Shown in pieces: positions 55,648-64,000 of a stretch of DNA of 64,000 nt. A program made the translations under genes and the position numbers. The notes below the pieces were generated by a model. It was not told the DNA's origin, did no database searches, and worked only from the letters and a program-made list of their open reading frames with translations. Source of the stretch: Eledone cirrhosa (Eukaryota); contig OZ024740.1 of the NCBI GenBank assembly GCA_964016885.1, forward strand, positions 186,682,001 through 186,746,000, read 5' to 3'. The stretch's first letter is position 1, and every line of letters starts with the position of its first letter.

Positions 55648-56614
55648 TTTTTTTTTTAGTTTTGTTGTGTAGATTAAAAAGGAAAAAATTACAATCATCA
55701 TTTATTTTCTACCTACATTAATTAGTACATGCTTATACTATGCTATTATAAGTGAAAAACCAAACAAAGCAGGCATTATTACTTTTAACTCTTCGTTAAT
55801 GATGTCTACACAACAGAATACTAATGTTAAATGCATTATTCTGTTGCAATCAGCAACTTCTAAATGATACAGAAAGAGCTAATAACTACAGCAATATAGT
55901 AGACGTTCTAGAAAACGAAAGCAACAAACTTAGTTACTATAGTGAATGTCCATTAGTAGCTGTGAAATGCTCGGTTGGGGGTTGGCAAAAATCAACTTCT
56001 TTAACATTTACAATTGACTCGCTATTCAAGGTGATAATAGGTTACAATTAGTCGACACAGCTTGCAAGCATTTCTCTTACAACACCTTCTGCTCATTGAA
56101 AAGGGGCTCCAATAAAAGAAAGTGAAATGAATGAAAGGAGAAATGATCAAAGAATATCCTGTTCAGAGTGCAACATTAACAAATACCAAGGTCAATTCAA
56201 CTTGATTCTTGTCCCAGCAATAAGTAGATTATACGAAGTTCTATGCAAAGCTCTCCTTGCGTGAGAACAGGTTTCCATGTATGTGCATGTGTATGGTAAC
56301 CTGTGCATCTCTAAACAAAATGAAATAAATGGCCACAAATTATGGTGCTAATATAATTATCAGGAAATATGTTGTTGTTATTATTATTATCATTATTATT
56401 ATAAGTATTATTATTGGTGTTGTTGTTGCCAAAATGCTTACCCGTATTCAGTTATAGCACTTTACATTCAGAGATCAAATCCACGTGGGGTCAACTTTGC
56501 CTTTCATCTTTACAGTGTTACTAAAATAAAGTGCTAGTCAAGTATTGAGTTGATATAATTGGTTGTCACCTCCCACCATATTTTCTGGCCTTGCACCTAT
56601 TAGAAACAATTCTT

Positions 56615-57985
56615 CTTATTATTATGAATTTGATATCTCAGTCATTGATTTAACTGGAAAATTTACCCAAATGAACATCAAGCTTCTACCTGCAGCCTCA
56701 GATATTCAGGTCATATTAAAGGGTCCTTCCTGTTCCTAATAGGCCATGCCTTGTGAAGTTTTCCAAAAAAGGGGCCTGGGCTAATGCTCTTTAACCAGCT
56801 CTGGAAAATCTTCAAGATAGTACATAGGGTTCCTATGATGATAGGGACGACCTTGATCTCATGACAATCCCAAATCCTTTTCAATTCCCACCTTAGATCT
56901 TGGTACTGGTTAATTTTTCTCCTCCTTTTCTTGCACTCTTGTGCCAAAGGGGCAAGCTACATCTAATATCAAGCAAGATCTTTTTTTTTCTTTTTTGATT
57001 TTTGTAATTTTGGCTATGACACGTTTTAGTTCCTCTATTACCTTTTGTGTTGTATTTCTCTGTCAATCAATCCTTAGCATCAGTGTTTTATAAAGCCCGT
57101 TTGTTGAAAACTCAATTTTCACAATGTCCTTTTTTATTTCCTTGATGTGACCATTCAACTGCTTCTTCCATCAAAGTTCTGTCCTTTCTTGCCTGTTTTC
57201 CCTCATTTTGATATCAACCATTTTTTCACCATAATTGTGTCTGCTTTGAGGATATTGTTGCACTGGTGAAGCTTCTTCACCTCAATGTATGGGACAATCC
57301 TGTTTACCCTGTTTACCCTAGCTGTTGTTTTTTTTGTTTTTTTTCTGTCTACAAACCTTAGATTCATAGGTTTTCCCCTATCATTATTCATTTCATCCTC
57401 CATTAAATTCAGAATATCAATAAAATTTTGCCCTAGCCCATCAAACATTAATTTTCTCAATGACTGTATCTTTATTCCATATTTTATTTCTCTCAGCATT
57501 TAGATGATTACCTTCTTCAATTACTTCCTCAGATCACCCAACCACTTCACCCTTATTTTCTACTGGCTCATTTTTCTGACTTGTTCTGCTTTCTACAGGC
57601 TCATTTGCCCGATCTGCTCCACTTTCCATTTCCAGCTTATTCTCTCTACTCAGTTCCTTCAATTCCAACTCACTTACCCATCCATTAGTTCATATTAGAT
57701 GAGCCTGGCCTGCTAGTTTTTGTTTACTCAATTCAAGTAGACCATTATCATTCCAGATTTTATGTATTCATTGCTTTCCTTAGTGGGATCACTTTTCAGA
57801 TAAAATTTCATTACAATTTTATTCAATTCCTTCATCCAGTTGGTTCTTGCTTTGTTCCTTCTTCTTCCTCCAACACTAGAGGTAGTTGGATGATAGTTGG
57901 ATCCCTGCTGCAAAGCAGGTGAGAGTCCTTCACATGAAGTTCCAGCCTCTTTTACACCATTATGTGAACTATTTAGGTTCAATAT
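56615..57985 (-). mobile_element. Internally deleted R4/Dong-like non-LTR element
   Basis: N-terminal RTNWMKELNKIVMKFYLKSDPT and C-terminal RLE CLILDVACPFGTRVQEKEE-KINQYQDLRWELKRIWDCHEIKVVPIIIG; short (TAA)n tail; no RT motifs between. Confidence 0.75.
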
Positions 57986-58727
57986 TTAAGCACTCATAAA
58001 GAGGATTAGTGAATTCAAATCTGAGAGCTTTCTGCACAAAACAAATGTGAGAAATGTTGGAGTTGTACATGTTTGGCAAGTGATTTGAGCTAAGACTGTG
58101 TTTTGAAACAAAAGTGATTAGATTCTGAGAAAAATATTTTTGTTATATAAAACATATAAAAATTATTACATCTACTTTTCATTTATTTCTTGAAGTTCGA
58201 ACATATTTGTTGCAAGCTGATCAATGATATAATTCTGTTTCAGTGGAATTGTGTCAGTGATTATGTTGCAGAGGAGCAATGAAAATATTGACTTCCCATA
58301 ATAGATGACATATGAAAGTTTTTGTCTGTTTGTTTCTTTTTATGGCTGAGAGTCAAGAAATGAAAGAAGAATTAAAATAAATTGGAAGAGAGGGGAAAAA
58401 AGGGAAGTGGAAGACAAAAGAAGGAAAAGTAAGCTAGCTATACCAGTGTGTAGTTTAGTTAAAATGAACCCTTTACATCAATTAGATTTATGAGTGATGG
58501 TCTAATATTGGTCATAAAACAAATTAAAACACTTAAGAAATTTTAGGATGTATGGTAAAAACAGTGTTTAGGCTAATATCCCAGTAGTCAAATATTGGTA
58601 ATCAAATCTTAACTTGCAAAAATTATGCTATAAATAATAATATTTTCATTCTCAAGAGAGATGGATGAATTAATTTATTTTATGAAAAAATACACTGACT
58701 CACAAACACGCGCACACACACACACAC

Positions 58728-58789
<62 letters not shown>

Positions 58790-59244
58790 CAGATATTTTC
58801 AACACATACTCTCTGAGTTGTGTGGATTAAATGCTTTAGTAGGAAAGAAAGAAAAATCTTTTGAAAGCTACAGTTATGCAATTTTATGGGAGTGGGCCTA
58901 ACATATAGCACAATGCAGCCTGTTCAAAATATTTGCCAATTCAAGAATTCTATTTGGGATGTTCTATTGAAGAAATTAACTAAAACATTATAAAAGATAC
59001 TTGGTCTTCTTTTCAATATATGATATTAACAGAAAAGAAAATTCAAAGTATTTTATGAAGAAGAAATATTAAGAATAAAATGGAAAGAAAGTAAAAATAA
59101 AATATGTACTTGTTTGAGGATAAAACGAATGAGTGTATACACACACACAGACACACATATATATATATACACACACACAAACACATATATATATATATAT
59201 ATATATAATATATAAGATCAAAAGATGGTTAAAAGAGTTCCATG

Positions 59245-59315
59245 TATTTTATTATGCGCATTTCAAAAACAAATATCATCATGCAATAAGATTTGTGTTT
59301 TCATCAGATAAAATA
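59245..59315 (-). ncRNA. Type I minimal hammerhead ribozyme
   Basis: Same fold as 41122-41192; sense to the PLE ORF; stem II substitutions mostly keep pairing. Confidence 0.8.
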
Positions 59316-59669
59316 GGAAGACATGATATGAAGGTTAAAAAACACTTGTGAATAGTGCAGTTTTAAATCAACATATGAAAAGTAGTTTTAGATTGATGTG
59401 TGATATTGGGAAAAAAAAATGTGAGGGGGGGGGGGTGAAAAAGAGGAGGAGATGAGAGTAAAACGTGGAGGGGGAGAAGTATAATTAGGAAGGATGAGAT
59501 AGGAGGAGAGATGGGTGATAGAGAGAGAGAGATAGCTTTTATAACTGAGAAAAATATATTGTTTTACATAGGGAGGTTGAAAAACCGTTGGAAGATAATA
59601 TATAAATTAAAAGAATTTGAAAATTAACGAAGAGAAAAAAATAATGTTAAGTTAAGATTTGTATATTGA

Positions 59670-59837
59670 AGGGTTTAATAATATGTGCGATGAAAAGAAA
59701 TCGTTAATATGTATTAAGAATCATATTTAAGGGTTTAATAATATGTGCGATGGAAAGAAAATTTTAATATGTATTAAGAATAATATTTAAGGGTTTAATA
59801 ATATGTGCGATGGAAAGAAAATGTTGATATGTATTAT
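59670..59837. repeat. 60-bp tandem repeat x3 in PLE 3' UTR
   Basis: AGGGTTTAATAATATGTGCGATG.AAAGAAA recurs at 60-bp spacing; single copy in the sister elements. Confidence 0.9.
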
Positions 59838-60250
59838 TAAAAAAACAATAGTAATGTAAGTAAGGATATATTAGATGAGCATGAAAGGTGGAAAAAATAA
59901 TGAATTGAGGATGAATAATCTAACGTCAAAAAAATGTTTATGTTTACGAAGGATTTTTTCAAGGTGATATAGAGTAAGAATATATTGTACTGTGTAATAA
60001 TTGTTTCTATGTTAGGCACAATGAGAAAAGGTACAGATTACGGGTTAGAAATTAAAAGAAAAAGAAAAGAAAAGGAAAAGGAAGAAAGGGAAGTGATAAA
60101 TAGGAGTGATATAGAATGAGTAACTAGTATTATATAATGTATAATAAATAACTTTGAAATAAGGTAGAAGGATGGGTATATTTTTAAAGAAGTATATATA
60201 TATATATGTGCCTTTGAGAAAAGGATTTTAAATTGATAAAGTATTAGATA

Positions 60251-62578
60251 TTAGCTGTATACTTTATGGAATGTTCTGTGGAATTTATGCAAGCAGAGAG
60301 AAAACAAGTCAGTGCGTCTATTTTCATTTAAACAGAGATTGCAACTGTTCAAGTATGGAGAAGCAGAAGAAACCTTTTTCCAAGAGATGTTATATTTAAT
60401 ATTTTTGTCTTTCAAGGACCATATGAGTTCTGAGAATGCCGTGTTGGTTCTTTTAAGTTGGTATTTAAAAGATGAATGATGATTATAAAGACGAGCTTTA
60501 ATGGAGGTGGAAGTGGAGCCAAAATAGGTGAAGGAATTGGTGTCAGTTATAACTTTACATTCGTAGATTAAGTTTTTTTCAAGACAATGGTTGTTGAGAG
60601 GACATTTATTTTTAATAGGGCAATTGCAATTGCGATTAGAGAGATTAGCAGAGTTATAGTGACCTAGTGTTATCTATAGAAGGAATTGGATTGGAGAAGT
60701 TATTTACGATAGGAATAATAGTTTCTTGATTTAGAATGGGATTAAGAACATTTAGCGAAGTTGTGTTTGACGTTGTATTTGGGTTTGCAGAAATTAGCCT
60801 AGAGTTTACAATGACGTCGGGAGTACTATTACTATTATTATGATATTCAGTGTTGGAAGGAAGAGATTTAGTATTTAGTATTTTATTGTTGTATTTAGAG
60901 ATAATGTTGGAAATGGTGTAGCAGGTCGAATAGGAAAATTTTATAGTGTGTTTGTTAAATATTTTACTATAGATATGTGAGGGAGGGAAGCATTTATTTA
61001 AGGCACTAAAGAATAATTTAGGAATATTATTATTAAATGAGATGGAGAAAGGAGTATTATACCAGATTATGTTTTTGTATCTAGGTCTTTTATTAAAGTT
61101 ATTGGAATGATCATTATTAATTATTCTACTGTAAGATCTTCTAGAATTTGTTTCTTTACTATATTTGATTTTCTCAGGATAGCCGGCTTTAGAAAGCGCG
61201 TTATTATAGTAATTGGCGTTAGCATCAAAGATGTTTTTATTAGAAGATAGGTTAGATATTCTTTTTCCAATATTACTAACTATAGCATTCTTAATATTAG
61301 TGGGGTGGTTAGATTTAAAATTAACATAATTTAGGTTTTCATTGTTTTTATGGTAAGGGTAATATAGGCCAGTGTCAAGATTAAGAGATACATTCAAGAA
61401 ATTAGCTAGTTTGATGCTGTTATCAAATTCAATTTTTAAGTTATGTTGGTTAAAGAGATTACGTATATTGTTCTTGATAATATTAAGGTTAACTATGTTG
61501 CAATTTAAGATAGTAAAGAGTCCATCGTCACGATAAATTCCACCGCGAAGTTGAGGAATTTTCCGACTCAAAGAGTTCAAAATAAAGATACCAATTAAAT
61601 CTGTCAATTGGGATGAATCGGATGCTCCCATTGTGATGTCGAAATTGTTAGAGGTATCAGCTCTGGTCCAATATTCATTGTTGAACTCTAGGATGGTTTT
61701 ACGTGCGGTGAGAATGATGTGAAGTTCATCTGCGGTGATGTCAGAATATTTAAATGCGAAAGATAGAGCATTGTTGAGAAGTGAAGGCGAAATAGAAGAA
61801 TAGTAGCTGGCAATATCAAATTGAACAAATTTTAGTTTGTTTTTATTATTCAATTTGTTGAACCAGCCAATTACTTCAGAAGTACCAAACCATAAATTTA
61901 AGTTCAAAGAAGAGCAATTAGAACGAACCTGTGGGATAATTCTAACCAAGATGGCTTTGCTAACAACGCCCAGATCTGATTTAGAGGGGGCGATTAATCT
62001 AACAGGTAGTTCAGTACGAAAATTGTTTTTGTGATCCTTGAGATTTATCCTCGGAGTCCTTGGGAGGAATGGTTCGGTCTTTTTTCCGATGCCAAGTTTT
62101 GACATAATCTCAGAAGCCTCAAAGTTTATGGATTCTAAATTATCATGGTTGGTTTTTCGATATTTTTTCCTAAGTTCCTTTAGGATAAGGTTGTTATAGT
62201 TATTCTTGGAAATACCATATAAATTATTGGTTTTGAGGAATTTAGGTTTGAAATTGTGTTCTTGAGATTTACAAGGTGCTCTTGTCCTTTGTAAGGGTAT
62301 CTCTTGAATTTAAGATTTTTTATAATTTTTGTTAAGTCTTCCTCGAATTGCACTAGATTTTTGTTGGAAGGAGGATTTCTTCTAGAATTAAATAGATGAT
62401 CGAGGAAGTTATGTTCCTTGGTATAGAAGTTCCCTTTTAGATGCTGGTCATAGAAATAAGCTATCCATCTAAGCCTTCTTACAAAGGAGTCAGTTTTTTC
62501 AATTAGAAGTTTGGTGAATTCAGATTTACCAGGTATAGGAATGTCTTTAGTTGAATTGGTTATGTTGTAATAATCCAT
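60251..62578 (-). pseudogene. Penelope-like RT plus GIY-YIG endonuclease, frameshifted
   Basis: STKDIPIP..LIEKT..VRRLRW N-terminus; (D)KTNNLY; LKDHKNNF..PVRLIAPSKSDLG; FDIASYYSSI; ITMGASDS; GIYRDDGL; FLNVSLNL; then CNC..CPLNNHC..LIY..YFGST..R.YNH..CNLC..CLH; frameshifts near 62230, in the linker before 60650, and near 60488. Confidence 0.93.
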
Positions 62579-62732
62579 GTTGTAGAAGAAAAAGATAAAG
62601 GACCATCAAAAGGTATCCAATATGATATCCAATTGATCTTATATATTATGTATACTCCAGTCCTACAAATTGTAGAGTGCTTCTTATCCGATATCTGCAT
62701 TGCTTTATTGTACTACAATAAAACTCACCTCC

Positions 62733-62735
<3 letters not shown>

Positions 62736-62828
<93 letters not shown>

Positions 62829-62871
62829 TATATATAAATATATAATATATATATACATATATATGTATATG

Positions 62872-62937
<66 letters not shown>
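62736..62937. repeat. (TA)n array between two PLE tails
   Basis: Direct reading. Confidence 0.95.
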
Positions 62938-62939
<2 letters not shown>

Positions 62940-64000
62940 AGGTGAGTTTTATTGTAGTACAATAAAACAATACATATATCGGATAAGTAGCACTCTACAG
63001 TTTGTAGGACTGGAGTATAAATAATATATAAGATTCTAAGATGGTTAAAAGAGTTCCAAGTATTTTATTATGCGCATTTCAAAAACAAATATCATCATGA
63101 GATGATATCTGCGTTTTCATCAGATAAAATAGGGATACATGATATGAAGCTTAAAAAACACTTGTGAATAGTGAAGTTTTAAATCAACATATGAAAAATA
63201 ATTTAAGATTGATGTATGATATTGGGAAAAAGTGAGGGGGGTTTGGAAAGGGTGAGAAAGAGGAGGAGATGAGAATAGAGAATGGTGGGGGAGGAATATA
63301 AGAAGGAAGGATGAGAGAGGAAATAGAGAGAGAGAGAGAGATAGCCTTTACAACTGAGAAAAATAAATATTGTCTCACAGAAAGAAGTTAAAAAGCCGTT
63401 GGAAGATAATAGATAATTTAAAAGAATTTGAAATTAAAAGTTGATGAAGAGAAAAAGGGGGGTTAAGAATAATATTAAATTAAGGTTTGTATATTGAAGG
63501 GTTTAATAATCTGTTCTAGGAAAAGAAATTGTTAATATGTATTATTAAAATAAAAATATTAATGTTTTTAAGGATATACTGTGAAAAGAAGTAGAAGAGT
63601 GGATGAGTTATGAATTTAGAGGAATTATTTAGTGTTTAAGTTTGTTTTTATGTAATACCTATTTCGGTTCCACTTCCACCTCATTCAAGGTGAGATTTTA
63701 TAATCACAATTCTTCTTTTAAATACCAACTTAAAAGAACTAACACGGCACTCTCAGAACTCATATGGTCCTTGAAAGACAAAAATATTAACTATAACATC
63801 TCTTGTTGGAAAGTTTGTTCTGCCTCTCCCTACTTGAATGCCTCCCTATCTAGAACGTGTAATCTTTGTTTATCTGAGAAATTTACCATTATATCTAATT
63901 TAGATTCTATAATAAATAGACGCACTGATTTATTTTCTCTCTGCTTGCATAAATTCCACAGAACATTCCATAAAGTATACAGCTAATATCTAATACTTTA
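62937..64000. mobile_element. Third PLE insertion: 3' UTR (-) 62937-63656 joined to GIY-YIG C-terminus (+) 63657-63986; continues beyond window
   Basis: TYFGSTSTSFKVRFYNHNSSFKYQ...CNLCLSEKFTII..INRRTDLFSLCLHK is an inverted paralogue of 60251-60530. Confidence 0.9.
63061..63131 (-). ncRNA. Type I minimal hammerhead ribozyme
   Basis: Identical to the 41122-41192 core except loop II (TCAT vs CCAT). Confidence 0.85.

Larger units (their letters stand above)
59200..62735 (-). mobile_element. Near full-length Penelope-like element (Naiad-like)
   Basis: ORF remnants 62578-60251, ~1-kb 3' UTR with hammerhead, inverted tail copy at 62636-62735, (TA)n on both sides. Confidence 0.92.

Noticed and set aside
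59670-59837. CRISPR-like regularly spaced repeats (also 8205-8352, 16715-17135)
   Set aside because: Whole units repeat with no unique spacers; eukaryotic context, no cas genes
60251-60650. Selenocysteine recoding, reported for some Naiad PLEs
   Set aside because: All conserved Cys positions read TGT/TGC in both GIY-YIG copies; no in-frame TGA at those sites

Overview
This is AT-rich, microsatellite-saturated eukaryotic DNA that is intronic or intergenic. The repeat repertoire (tRNA-derived SINEs, RTE LINEs with (GAT)n tails, TTAA-flanked MITEs) resembles an octopus/cephalopod genome; that is an inference. No host gene can be called with confidence, only three weak minus-strand exon candidates. 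Most ORFs in the supplied track are microsatellite artefacts. The real coding signal comes from retroelements. (1) A 5'-truncated but open RTE-clade LINE at 13438-15047 whose reverse transcriptase carries an in-frame PHD-type (C4HC3) zinc finger. (2) A near full-length, frameshifted Penelope-like element (Naiad-like: YRDD RT plus C-terminal GIY-YIG) at 59200-62735, with two sister insertions at 40193-41232 and 62937-64000+. (3) Decayed RTE, RTE-X, CRE-like, R4/Dong-like and mariner fragments. The most striking system is the Penelope-like family. Each copy carries a minimal type I hammerhead ribozyme with a long stem II whose pairing is preserved between copies. Every visible end abuts (TA)n. 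All three insertions have two arms in opposite orientation, with 3' tails pointing outwards. The window also contains several independent fold-back or template-switch palindromes.
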